Origin: Azolla caroliniana
Lineage: Eukaryota > Plantae > Polypodiophyta
Length of the DNA stretch: 64,000 nt
Reading direction: 5' to 3'
Assembly: GCA_043228905.1 (NCBI GenBank)
Contig: JBHGNT010000010.1
Span: 3,162,001 to 3,226,000, forward strand
Of the stretch, positions 9,301-20,119 are shown piece after piece. Both the position numbers and the translations under genes were made by a program. Below the pieces are notes generated by a model that was not told where the DNA came from, searched no databases, and was given only the letters and a program-made list of their open reading frames with translations. Every line of letters starts with the position of its first letter. The first letter of the stretch is position 1.

Positions 9301-11675
9301 GAAGATGAAAATGATACCGGAACCGGCCCCGATCCCGAAATGGATTCGGATGAAGAAGAAGAATCGGAAGAACCGGTTACCGAAGCTCCGGAACGGAGAT
9401 ACCCTCTAAGAGAGAGAAGGGCCCCCCGGAGATTTCCGGAACCAGAGCACGTGTTGCTAACCGACGAGGGGGAGCCGGAGAGCTTTGAAGAAGCAAAGCA
9501 TGACACCCAGAGCCGCAGGTGGTTGAGTGCCATGCAGGACGAGATGGATTCCCTGCATGAGAACCACACATATGAACTTGTGGAGTTGCCGAAAGGAAAG
9601 CGGGCACTACGAAACAAGTGGGTGTTCAAGCTGAAACCGGGAGATGCCGGAAACCCCCCGAGATACAAAGCCAGGATCGTGGTGAAGGGGTTTCAGCAGA
9701 AGAAGGGCGTCGACTTCGACGAGATATTTGCCCCGGTAGTGAAGATGACCTCCATCCGGACGGTGCTGAGCATAGCGGCAAGCATGGACCTCGAGGTAGA
9801 ACAGATGGACGTGAAGACGGCATTCCTTCACGGTGACCTCGATGAAGAGATCTACATGCAGCAACCGGAAGGATTCGAGAAGAAAGGGAAGGAGCACCTG
9901 GTATGCCGATTGAAGAAGAGCCTTTACGGACTGAAGCAGGCTCCCCGGCAATGGTACCGGAAGTTCGACTCCTTCATGACCGACGAAGGGTACCTCAAAA
10001 CGCAGTCCGACCACTGCGTGTTTGTGAAGAAGTTCGAAGGAGGAGACTCCCTAATACTCCTCCTGTACGTGGACGACATGTTGATCGTCGGACGGGACCA
10101 GGTCAAGATACGGATGCTGAAGAAGGCTCTTCACCGAACCTTCTCAATGAAGGACCTGGGTCCGGCGAGGCAAATACTAGGGATGCACATCATCCGGGAC
10201 CGGAAGAAGAAGCAGTTGTGGCTGTCACAGGAGAAGTACGTGACGAAGGTGCTTCACCGGTTCAACATGTGGGAAGCAAGACCGGTCGGATCGACCCTCC
10301 CTGCAAACTGCAAGCTGTCCAGCAAGCAAAGTCCCAAGACAAAGGCTGAAAAGGAGGATATGATGAAAGTGCCGTATGCCTCAGCAGTCGGGAGCTTGAT
10401 GTACGCCATGGTGTGTACGAGACCGGACATCGGATATGCAGTCGGAGTGGTGAGCCGGTACATGAGCAATCCCGGCAAAGAGCATTGGAACGCGGCCAAG
10501 TGGATACTCCGATACCTGAAGGGCACGGCAAACGTGTGCCTCCGATTCGGCTCCGGTAAGCCCGAACTCGACGGCTTCACCGATTCGGATATGTCGGCTG
10601 ATGCAGATACCAGCCGGTCCACATCAGGGTATGTGATGACGTATGCAGGGGGAGCTGTTTCGTGGCAGTCGAGGCTGCAGAAGACGGTTGCGTTGTCAAC
10701 CACGGAGGCGGAGTACATGGCGGCTGTTGAAGCCGGCAAGGAAATAATATGGATGAAGGACTTCATTAGAGAGCTCGGTATCCGGCAAGAGGAGTACCGA
10801 CTCTACTGCGACAGTCAGAGTGCCATCCACCTTGCGAAGAACGCAGCCTATCACTCCCGGACGAAGCACATCCAGCGAAGATATCACTGGATCCGGGAAA
10901 GGATAGAAGACAAGGAGTTCGTGCTGACGAAGATCCACACCGACAAGAACGGGTCGGATATGCTGACCAAGGTACTCACACCCGACAAGCTGGAAGCATG
11001 CCGGAAGAGGATCGGATTGGAAAGACATCCCATGCCGAAGTGAAGGGGGAGTTTGTTGGGATTTCGGTCCCTTTCGGATGGGATGGTCGGATATCGGAGA
11101 TGAATGCCGACAAGCCCGGTTTCGGTTTCGGATCCGGATGACGAAGACCCCGGCTTCGGTGCCGGATGACGAATGTACCCGGAGAGCGATCCGGATGCAG
11201 GGACATATCCGTGAATATGTTCGCTACGAGCCCCCTGAGGCTATAGTTGTAAATAGCCCAAAGTCATATAAGTATAAATATGACTTAGGGCAAACAGTTT
11301 TTCTGTTGCTTCTCATTTTTCTGTTTTTCCACTTTAGAGGAGTGAAGAGAGAGCAGCCGTGAGAGAGAGAGAAAGAGAGAGAGCGCGAGAGAGAAAGAGG
11401 TAGACGCCTCTGTGTATTTCCGCCGCCTGTGGCGAGGACAGCGAGCTCAAGGTCGTCGCCTTGGAGCTCGTCATTGTATACTTCTCTGTATAGTGTTGTT
11501 TGGAGTCTTGTACTCCCGTGGTTTTTCCCCGTTTAGGGTTTTCCACGTTAATCCTTGTGTACTCGCGTTTCTTCGTTTTGTTTCTACGTGTGTTTCCTAT
11601 TTTCTGCTCCATTGATCCGCGATTAATCGGTTGTGGCCGAGATAAGAAGGTGAATAGAAGGGTCTATTCCTTACA
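6316..11675 (+). mobile_element. Copia-B: full-length intact Ty1/Copia element, same family as Copia-A with a different LTR subtype
   Basis: 622-bp LTRs at 6316-6937 and 11054-11675 (no differences seen). TSD ATAAC at 6311-6315 and 11676-11680. PBS at 6941-6952; PPT at ~11042-11051. Inserted in the chromovirus gag. Confidence 0.98.
6967..11043 (+). CDS. Copia gag-pol polyprotein (~1358 aa)
   Basis: Uninterrupted ORF, nearly identical in protein sequence to 870-4943. Confidence 0.97.
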   Translation: MEGGGSGQPMMMVLNAQNYADWKIKMEDLLIVRDLYEPIDRSEIPKGVLESEWKLLNRKAVATIRQYVDVSVLQHVANDTNAYEMWKKLSGLYERKNALNRTSLMRKIVNLKYRDGESMVEHVSTFMGFVNQLAAIKFPLEDAMQAIILMCTLPDSWENLVVTLSTSCTEDNLSLQTVKTSILNEEARRRDKEPASDPKMLFTESDRGRQWNRSPQRREKSGTRSQSRGRPTCFHCGKPGHFRKNCRHYRKDNGADDTDSKKSPERNGAYRGATDRRGPDRRGQDRKGTTAFAASEEEIMLITEETELNLAGEEMTWVVDSGASFHLTPEKKYFSSYTAGEHGCVRMGNEGTCRIAGIGDVWLTTPTGCKMLLKDVRHVPEVRLNLISAGRLDDEGYTGSIRNGVMKFSKGSLIVVRARKVNTLYLMNARLCPEELNVAADTAGELWHKRLCHMSEKGMKRLAEDNLIPVKHVHLEKCTDCLAGKQNRTSFHSRPPTRRSAPLELVHTDVCQVETKSHGGAQYFVTFIDDHSRKLWTAPLKTKDQVLSVFKELHARVERESGKKLKAIRADNGGEYRGQFQEYCRSKGIRLEFTVPKTPELNGLAERMNRTIMERVRSMLAHAKLPKGFWAEAMSTATYVINRSPSVPLDGDTPQRVWTGKEVSYRHLKVFGCLAYVHVAKDRRGKLDPKTRPCIFLGYGDDEFGYRVWDPVDKKIFRSRDIIFMEDKTLADWESEKKMKSSKSIGEDQLYEEQSRPARDRLTLEDPAEDGEETEPAEEDENDTGTGPDPEMDSDEEEESEEPVTEAPERRYPLRERRAPRRFPEPEHVLLTDEGEPESFEEAKHDTQSRRWLSAMQDEMDSLHENHTYELVELPKGKRALRNKWVFKLKPGDAGNPPRYKARIVVKGFQQKKGVDFDEIFAPVVKMTSIRTVLSIAASMDLEVEQMDVKTAFLHGDLDEEIYMQQPEGFEKKGKEHLVCRLKKSLYGLKQAPRQWYRKFDSFMTDEGYLKTQSDHCVFVKKFEGGDSLILLLYVDDMLIVGRDQVKIRMLKKALHRTFSMKDLGPARQILGMHIIRDRKKKQLWLSQEKYVTKVLHRFNMWEARPVGSTLPANCKLSSKQSPKTKAEKEDMMKVPYASAVGSLMYAMVCTRPDIGYAVGVVSRYMSNPGKEHWNAAKWILRYLKGTANVCLRFGSGKPELDGFTDSDMSADADTSRSTSGYVMTYAGGAVSWQSRLQKTVALSTTEAEYMAAVEAGKEIIWMKDFIRELGIRQEEYRLYCDSQSAIHLAKNAAYHSRTKHIQRRYHWIRERIEDKEFVLTKIHTDKNGSDMLTKVLTPDKLEACRKRIGLERHPMPK

Positions 11676-11680
11676 ATAAC

Positions 11681-12331
11681 CAGCTTTTCAAGCGATGTTT
11701 GGATCACCAGTTACAAAATGCCAAGGAACAGGTCAGAGTTCACATACGCCTCAGACGTAGCAAAACCATTTGCAAGGGAGTCATATCATGCATCTGCAGC
11801 AAATACTCCAACACCGATGGAAATCGACACCACACTTCGTCGTGGACCATTGTCGGAAGAAGAAAAGCAACAACGCCGAGTAAATCAATTATGTCTTTAT
11901 TGTGGAGGACTAGGGCATATCGCAATAAACTGTCCATATAGGCCAAGAAGATAGGTAAATCAAATAGTTGCTTGTACTAAACCCAAGTCTATTTCAGTAG
12001 GAGTGTCTGATAGTCCTAATAGTACTAATAACCCAAGTCTATCGAACAAATTTGAAGTCCTTAGTCAGTTAGAAGAAGAGTTAAACGACTAAGTTAAGCC
12101 AAAATAGGAGTCATTTGGCTAGATCTATGTAGCCCATTAGTGGTTCCATTTCCTCTAAGCAAGTTAGCAATGTCTTCCTAAAAGTATTAGTAACTATTAG
12201 TACTAAAAGTATCCCTCCAATACATGTCTTAGCACTCCTAGGTTCCGGAGCTAATTCTTGCTTCATGGATAAGAATTTTACCCAAGCTCATCAGATATCC
12301 CTAAGAAAACTCCCTTGCCCAGCCTCTGTAA
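11681..12331 (+). pseudogene. Chromovirus gag end (zinc knuckle) and protease remnant
   Basis: PTPMEID..RRGPLSEEEKQQRR..LCLYCGGLGHIAINC, followed by ALLGSGANSCFMD, a degenerate LDSGA. Confidence 0.8.
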
Positions 12332-13201
12332 TGTTATAGGTTTTAGGGTTAGGGTTAATATTTATGATAATGATGATGATTGATGATGAAGATAGACATG
12401 GTGTAATAGTGAAGATGATGAATGGTATGATGGTGAGAGAGATCATGAAGATATTAACAAGCATTGAGGGGTGGGGGGTGTTGCCTAGAATGGCTCCACC
12501 CCCCTCCCTAGGGGGTTCAACATAAGAGAGAAGGAAGAGAGATGACAAGAGAGAGAGAAATTGAGAGAGAAATCTTCCTTCATTAATTCCCCATAAGGGG
12601 TTAAATAGTTACAAAAGGGTAGATACATTGGGGTGCAAGTCCCCTTGACCATTCACACTAATCACTGACTCACACCTCCTCGTATCCGTCCACATGGACA
12701 CACGTGTGCATGTGTTTTCATACGTATCTACTCACACTCACAATTACGCTAGTGCCCATCTACACATACACCGTAACAACATTATAGCATTCGACCCTCG
12801 CTCATCACACTCTACATCTCCCGTACATCCCGTACGATACCACATTATGGCACGCCCGTGGGAGAGTGCCTTGCACATCGATCCCACATGCCTTGATCTT
12901 CATCTTCCTTCGACCGGAATTTCCATCGGTCCTCTCATTGATCGACTCTCTCGATCGGAACGTTGACTCGAAAATCTCCTTCAGTCAGCGAATCTTCCTC
13001 GACACGAAATTTCTCGTTCTGTCGGCTCACGAACGTTGGTATCATCATTCGGGTCTTCGAAAAATGTTGTGTGTATGTGTATCTTCCTTTCATTGATTTT
13101 GTGTGAGTAGTTGCGAGTTTTCAAAATTTTGGTGATGCCCTTTGGTTTTAAAAATAAATAAATTATATTACGTACCCTCATGATTTTATTTTTAAAAATT
13201 C
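12332..13201 (+). mobile_element. Truncated LTR element: LTR (12332-12842), tRNA-Arg-like PBS and leader fragment
   Basis: LTR homologous to the solo LTR at 50370-50895. TGGCACGCCCGTGGGA at 12848. The rest appears deleted together with the host PR/RT; host RT resumes at ~13202 (QHGLYAKLEKC). Confidence 0.75.
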
Positions 13202-14445
13202 CAACATGGTCTTTATGCAAAACTGGAAAAATGTAGTTTTGAGTGCAATCAGATGGAATTTCGAGGTTATGTCATCTCCTCGGAAAGCATCTCGATGGAT
13301 CCAGCTAAGGTCAAAATTGTGGTAGAGTGGCAGACTCCTCGTTCGTTGCGAGATGTGCAATGTTTTTTAGGCTTCGCAAATTTCTGCCGCGAGTTTATTT
13401 AGGTCTACTCAAAGCTTATTTTGCCTCTCACACAGCTTACCAAGAAGGGTCAATCATTTGTTTGGTCTAAGGAAGCGGACACGACTTTTGTAAATTTTAA
13501 GAAAGCATTTACATCAGCTCCTATTATAGCTCATGTTGATCCGAAAAACCATTCATCGTGGAGGGAGACGCATCAGATTTCGCCCTTGGTAGCATTCTGT
13601 GACAACAAGGTGATGATGAAAAACTACATCCTATAGCTTTCCTATAGCGCAAGTTTGATGCCGCCAAAATCACCTACGAGATACATGACAATGAGCTATT
13701 GGCAATAGTGGATTCTTTTGCACAATGGAGGCATTTTTTAGAGGGATCTTCTCATCAAGTCACCGTATTTAGTAATCACAAAAACCTTGCCTATTTACAA
13801 AATGTTCGTGTATTAAATTGACGACAAGCTCACTGGGCCCAATTCCTCATTCGTTTCGACTTCAAAATTACATATTGTCCTGGGAAGCAACAAGGGAAGG
13901 CAGATGCGTTATCGCGGCGCTCGTATCTAGCACCTCGTCCTTGTGATCCAACATTCGATAATCAAAAGCAAGCAACATGGGTTTTTGATACTCCATTGGA
14001 TTCCCGGATTATCGAGACCATACATGAAGACTTGAAGACAAACGCTTTCGATCAAGCCATTCTAACACAAATTGATCCCTCGCGGGCAACCTGTTCACAG
14101 TTGCAACAACTAGGTACGGATTATTGACAATTCGAATGTCATGATGGATTCCTATTCTTTAAGAAACTCTTGTATGTTCCCAATGGTTCTTATCGTCGTC
14201 GAATAGTCCAAAATTTTCATGACACATATGCAACTAGACATTTTGGTAGTACTAAAACATTGGATTTAGTACAATGATCATTTTGGTGGCCTCATATGCG
14301 ACAATTTGTCGAAAACTATGTTCGGACATGTGATACATGTTGCAGAGCAAAGATGCCAAGACATCATCTATATGGTTTATTGGAACCATTACCAATTCCA
14401 AGCAAGTCGTGGCAATCCATTTCTCTAGATTTTATCACAGATCTT
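13202..14445 (+). pseudogene. Chromovirus RT end, RNase H and integrase N-terminus (stops and frameshifts)
   Basis: DVQCFLGFANF, TDASDFALG, YEIHDNELLAIV, FWWPHM..CDTC, WQSISLDFITDL. Confidence 0.88.
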
Positions 14446-15911
14446 TGTAAAAGTTAGCGTGTGGAAGCTTGACAAAACCGGTTTAGCCGGGCAACAACAG
14501 AGAATAGAAAACACAGGTTCAATAGAAGCTTGAGAATATTTAACATACAGGGGAAAGACAGAGAGAGAGCAAAACATAAAAACTCTATACTAAAATAATA
14601 ATCCTCTGTGTACATAGAATGTGCTTAGAGAGCACATTTATACAAGTCCATAAAGGACTGACAGGTAATTCAATGCTCATACGAGCGACTGTCACTGACT
14701 CCCAAAAATATGCCTACGTACTAGGCTGGATCCGTAGGCCTCTAATGGCCTACTGGTTTCAATCTGATCTGGCTCTTTGATCCAGCTCCGGTTGAGCTTG
14801 CTCGCTCAACACTACCCCTCAAGCTCAACTTGAGGTCGGATCGTGGTGTAAGTGTCTGTAGTAGCCGATCCTTTCCTCCAGCTCCTTTTAATGTCCTCCC
14901 GCCTTGCTCGCGCTCCTCGTTCGGTCCGGTTCTATGGTTCTGCGCACCTCGTCCTCCTTGGTTGGCTTGTCTGCTCAGCGGGCCCATCTCAGCTACTTCG
15001 TTGCTATGACTCCGACGCTTGTCGACCCATCGGTTCCTCCGTGTCGGTGTCGACTTCCGCTGCCTTCTCGTCCGCTTGCCCTTTAGTTGATCCGGCTCTT
15101 CCAAATTAGCTTCCTCCGATTTGTTCAAGCTCTTGTCCGAGTTGGTAGTCTCCAACTCGTCTTCCGTTTTTAGGCCCTTCACCACATCGAACCGCGCCCG
15201 AGTCTTGGCCTTCTTCCAGTAGGCTCTATCCTTCTTGACTCTGCCACTGCTATTGCTTGCTCCGACTTGGTCGGATGTGCCAATTCCTTCGGTTGGCTCG
15301 ACTTCCTTTATCTTCTCATCTCCCCCCTTGGTTTTTTCTTTCTCTCCGGCTCCTTGTCTGGTGCCATCCATTCCCGTTTCCTGTTCTCCCACTCATCGAG
15401 ATGTTGAATGTTGAGCATCTTCGAAAAATGTTGCAACTTGTCTTATCCGAACGACTTGGTGAAGATGTCGGCAACCTGTGCTGCTTACGTTGTCACAATA
15501 AATCAGGATCGGAGTCGGCACCTCGACCCGGAGGTTTCGCAACAGTCGCTGAAGACAGATGCCTTCATAGGTGGCAATGGTAGGGCTCCAGTACTCAGCC
15601 TCAGTGCTCAACAGAGCCAGTGTTGGCTACTCCATGCAATAGCCACGCTACCAAGAGAAAACATGTAACCAGAGGTGGATTGGCGATCTGATGCATCACC
15701 AGCCGAGTCGGTATTGGTATATCCAACTAGCTTCCCAGCTATACCGTGTCGGTATAACAATCCCCGGTCCTTCATGCCGCTCACATATTGCAATAGTCGA
15801 TGCGAGCATTGAAGGTGCTCCACGGTCGTCTTCTGCATAAACTGGTTGATCACCCCAACTGGATAACTGATGTTGGGTTGGGTGATTGTCAAGTATATAA
15901 GGCTTCCGACA
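14446..15911 (-). mobile_element. Copia-E: 5'-truncated Copia (3' LTR 14446-14811, PPT, post-RH region, RH and RT end)
   Basis: LTR TGTAAAAG..CAACA related to the Copia-C LTR, with GAGGGGTAG PPT on the minus strand. Motifs GSLIYLTIT, STSGYMFSLGS and IYCDN. Host integrase resumes at ~15912. Confidence 0.88.
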
Positions 15912-16140
15912 GTTTCAAAGGGATTCGATGCGATCTTAACAATAGTGGATCAATATACTAAGATGGCACATTTCCTGCCTTGTACTAAGGCTATCACTAG
16001 TGAAGAAATCGCCGAAATTTTCATGCGAGAGGTATTTAGGCATAATGGCCTCCCGGATAGTATCATCAGAGACCGTGGACCTCAATTCGTCTCGAAATTC
16101 TGGAAGCGTCTCTTCAAAATGCTCAACGTCACTTGTAACC
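15912..16140 (+). pseudogene. Chromovirus integrase core fragment
   Basis: VSKGFDAILTIVDQYTKMAHFLPC..GLPDSIIRDRGPQFVSKFW; continues at 50142 (LSSGYHPQTNGQ). Confidence 0.9.
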
Positions 16141-16981
16141 TGTAAAAAGTAACGTGCGGAAGCAAGTATGAAGACCGAATAGAAGGGAGGAAACTCAGGT
16201 TCAATGGAGAGCTTGGGCTTACACGGTATACGCAGGAGAGACAGAGAGAGAACACAAGAACTATATTCAACAATAATACTCAGTCTGTACATAAGACGTG
16301 CTCAGTGAACACTTTTATACAAGTCCTAGAAGGTCTGACCGAAGTACTGACAATACTTCAATGCTCATCAAGAGCTCCTACACTAACTCCCAAATATATT
16401 CCTCACGGAATATCTTTCCTAACGGCCTCCCGGTTTACGCACTCGGCCTAACCGATCGGTCCCAACCGATCCGGTCCTCGGCTTCTTCAGCCGATCCGGC
16501 CAATGTTGAGCTTGTCTCTCAACACTCCCCCTCAAGCTTAACTTGAGGCTCTTCGGGATCTTCACAGTTCCAGTTCCTCCTGACTTCACGCCTCGCTCGT
16601 GCTCCTCGACTTGTTCGACTTTGCGCGCTTCGACCCTTACGGTCGGCTTGTCTGCTCATGTGACCCTTATCAACTCTTCTGCTGTTGCGGTGTCGACACT
16701 TCTTCTGCTGCCTTTTCTTCCGCTTGGGCCTCGGTTGATTCAACGTGTCTGAATCAAACATCCGAACCGACTCGGCTACTTCCGATCGGTTTTCGCTCTC
16801 GTCCGAGTTGGTTGTCTCCAACTCGTCTTCGGTCTTCTCGTCCTTGATTGCGTCATCTCCCCCATGCGTGGTTGGCATCGGCTCTCTCCTTCGGCTGCTC
16901 CCCTTCTGTTCGCTTTCAGACTTTTCCGTGGGTCCACCCTCGGCTTCTTCAGCCGATTCGAACTCGAACTCGACAACCGAG

Positions 16982-18576
16982 TCAACCAACTCGGACTCGG
17001 TGTCGCGGTCTCCGCTCCTTCCCTGCTGCCTTGCTTGGTCGTTCGGGACCAAGCGGCTTGTCCAGACCAAGCGGCTTTGTGAAGATGTTGGCAGTCTGTC
17101 GATCCGTCGGCACGTACTGAAGTTCGACTTCACCGGAAAGGAAACGCTCATGGACGAAATGGTAGTGCACCTCAATGTGCTTGGTCCGTGCGTGGAAAAC
17201 GAGGTTCTTCGTGAGCTTGATGCTGCTGAGGTTGTCGCAGTAGATCGTCGTCGGATCTGACACCTCCACGTGCAGGTCCTTAAGTAGCCGCTTCAACCAT
17301 ATGGCTTCGCATGTCGCGACAACCGCTCCTCGGTACTCAGCTTTGGTGCTCGATAGTGCAACTGTCGGCTGCTTCTTACTGCTCCACGCGATCGCGGCAC
17401 TCCCGAGGGAGAACGCGTATCCAGACGTGGATCGGCTATCGGCGGCGTTGCCAGCACAATCAACATCGGTGTAGCCAACTAACTGCGCGGCTGCACCGGT
17501 CCGATATAGCAGTCCTCGGTCCTTAGTGCCACTTACGTATCGCAGTACGCGTTGCGCACACTGAAGATGCTCCTCGGTAGGTCGCGCAATGAACTGACTA
17601 ATCACCCCGACCGGATAACTGAGGTCGGGTCGGGTGATGGTCAAGTATATGAGGCTTCCAACAATTTGCCGGAACCTCGTCGGGTTGCATACCTTTCCCG
17701 TATCGGGACGAAGCTTGACGGTTCTGTCCAGAGGAGTCGAGACAGACTTATAGTCGGCCATCCCGAATTTGAAGAGCATACTCAGCACGTAATGACGTTG
17801 GCTGATCAATATGCCTTCGGGGGTACGGATCACTTCGATCTCGAGGAAGTAATGAAGGTCCCCCAGATCCTTCATGTCGAACGATGCCGCAAGATGGAGC
17901 TTCACGCGGTCGATTTCACCGAGGTCGGCGCCAGTGATGACCAAGTCATCAACATATAGTAAAATACTAACTGGTCCGAGTCGACCTTTCCGGATGAACA
18001 GGGAAGAGTCCGATTTTGACGTGACGAAGCCCATCCAACGCAGTTGTTGCGTGATCTTTGCGTCCCAGGCACGCGGGGCTTGCTTTAGTCCGTAAAGGGA
18101 CTTCTTTAGTCGGCATACTGCCGAGGAGTTCGTTCCAGAGTGAAATCCGGGGGGCTGTACCATGTACACCTGTTCCTCAAGGTCACCTTGCAGGAACGCA
18201 TTCTTTACATCCATCTGATGTAAGTGCCACCCCTTCGCCACAGCTACTGCGAGCAAAACACGGACGGTCGTCATTTTCGCGACCGGCGCAAACGTCTAAT
18301 CGTAGTCGATGCCGTGTTTCTGCGCGTAGCCCTTTGCCACTAGCCGAGCCTTGTACCGATTGACCGAGCCATCGGTGTTGTACTTGACCTTGTACACCCA
18401 CCTACACCCGATCGGGTTTACCCCTGTTGGTGCGTCAACCAGGTCCCAGGTCTCATTCTCCGCCAATGCGTGCATCTCTTCCTCCATCGCGGCACGCCGA
18501 TTCGCGTCTTTAACCGCTTCTGTGTAGCTCTCCGGCTCACGCACTTCCGCTACACGGGTCATGTACGCATAATGAT
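16982..18576 (-). pseudogene. Copia-C RT and RNase H
   Basis: [46 protein letters not shown]; one stop near 18296. Confidence 0.92.
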
Positions 18577-18715
18577 GGGATGTCGTGACGATTTTCGGCT
18601 ACGGTGTGAAACCGAGTGAGACGAATAAACCAAGGATGTGCAACATTGCACATGCACTTAGAAAATAAACCTAAGGCCTAGTGGCACTTGAGTTCATACA
18701 GAGGGGTGCAAGCAA

Positions 18716-18768
18716 GGTTTGAACCTTGCACCTCTAAGATACAAGATGATTGCCTTACCATTAGGACA
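18716..18768 (-). promoter_or_regulatory. tRNA-like Pol III internal promoter (A box and B box) in the LTR of element N; second copy at 27837-27889
   Basis: Minus strand reads TGTCCTAATGG (A-box-like), a 32-nt spacer, then GGTTCAAACC (B box) in a GCAAGG/CCTTGC hairpin. A T-run follows downstream at ~18662-18669. Confidence 0.55.
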
Positions 18769-19960
18769 ACTATCATATAGTGTAGATTCTATGTATTTCT
18801 TTTTTATATTCGAATTATAGATGAAACAACCATAGAAAACCATGTGCACAAAACCATGGTTCTAAACCATTCGTAGACTTCGAGCATTGTTTTTCTCAAC
18901 TCTCAGAGCGGGAACAAAGATTAGTGGGGGTTGATAAGGTCCTTATGTTCGTAAAGTCAATCGATCGAATGGAAAGGATGTCCATCGGCCTCAAACTCGA
19001 AGAAGATGACGGTGCAAATGGCCTCATCGAGGATTGGAGCAAAGTGGAAAGTGTATGCCGACTACACGATAAGGGGCGAGCGAGAATATCGACGACAACA
19101 AGACGGCCCATGAGGGACGATCGAAGAGGGACGAGATGCAACAACGTGCCACCAACAAAAGAAATGAAGCTTACAAGGGAGACAAACCGAGGCAAATGGT
19201 GATCGAGGAAGAAGAGACCTCCCAACAAATGCGGGTTAATGAAGTGGCCAATACAAAGGCTAAGGTTTGGTATGACGGTACCGAGAGAGAAGGTGCGAAA
19301 CAAGTCACCTTCTTGTCTTACGAAGAAACGACGGCCAAGGAGGAGGCCGATGACTCGAGGAAGGCAAACGCTACTTCGAGGGAGGATAAATGTTTCGGAA
19401 CACGCTGTCGTGAAGAAAACCGTCCACAAGCGGAATCGGTGTACCGGAGCGTAGAAACCGACTCTTCATGCACGTGCGCCTCAAGTTGTACATAGGAGAT
19501 CCTAGGTAGATTCGGTAGGTAGGGAGTAAGGGGGAAACGGCTCCTTCCTTGCCTATAAAAGGAGGGAGACGAGGAGAGTAAGGGGATCGCGGAGAGTCGA
19601 GGACGAAGTGCTGTCGGTTTGCGTGCGAAGGCTTCTCTCTCTCTCTCTCTTTCTGGTTGCAAACACCATAGCTTCCTTCTGTGCAGGTTTTGGGAGGCCC
19701 GCGCTGCTCTGAGGAACGCCCGAGTGCTTCCGGCAGCACCTCCAACCTACTCATCCCCCTCTGTGCGTTTACGAACAGGTATCGGCATCTGTTCGCCGGC
19801 CTGTTCGGTTGTAACCGACTTCGTGTTTTGTTGTCTTCGTGTTCTTGTTGTTTGTCTTGTCAATACATACATACTTTCGTGTCTTTCTGTGTCGCTGTCC
19901 CACTCGCGTCTTTGCGTCGAAGGGCCGTGTCCTTGTGAATCTACGCTCGCGCGTAGTGGG

Positions 19961-20009
<49 letters not shown>

Positions 20010-20079
20010 TACTCTTCGGTACAGGACCCCCGAGGTCTCGCCTCACTCCACGCATCCGCGAGGAATACCTCGACATATT

Positions 20080-20097
20080 TGGTGAACCCGACGTGAA
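20080..20097 (+). promoter_or_regulatory. Primer binding site complementary to the plant tRNA-Trp 3' end
   Basis: TGGTGAACCCGACGTGAA, identical at 31579-31596. Complementary to ..UUCACGUCGGGUUCACCA of plant tRNA-Trp as recalled; not database-checked. Confidence 0.8.
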
Positions 20098-20119
20098 AGA
20101 GGCGGCAGAAGAGCAGAAG

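Noticed and set aside
18700-18780. A functional tRNA gene in the N LTR
   Set aside because: No convincing acceptor or anticodon stem; only the A/B boxes and a T-arm-like hairpin are present.
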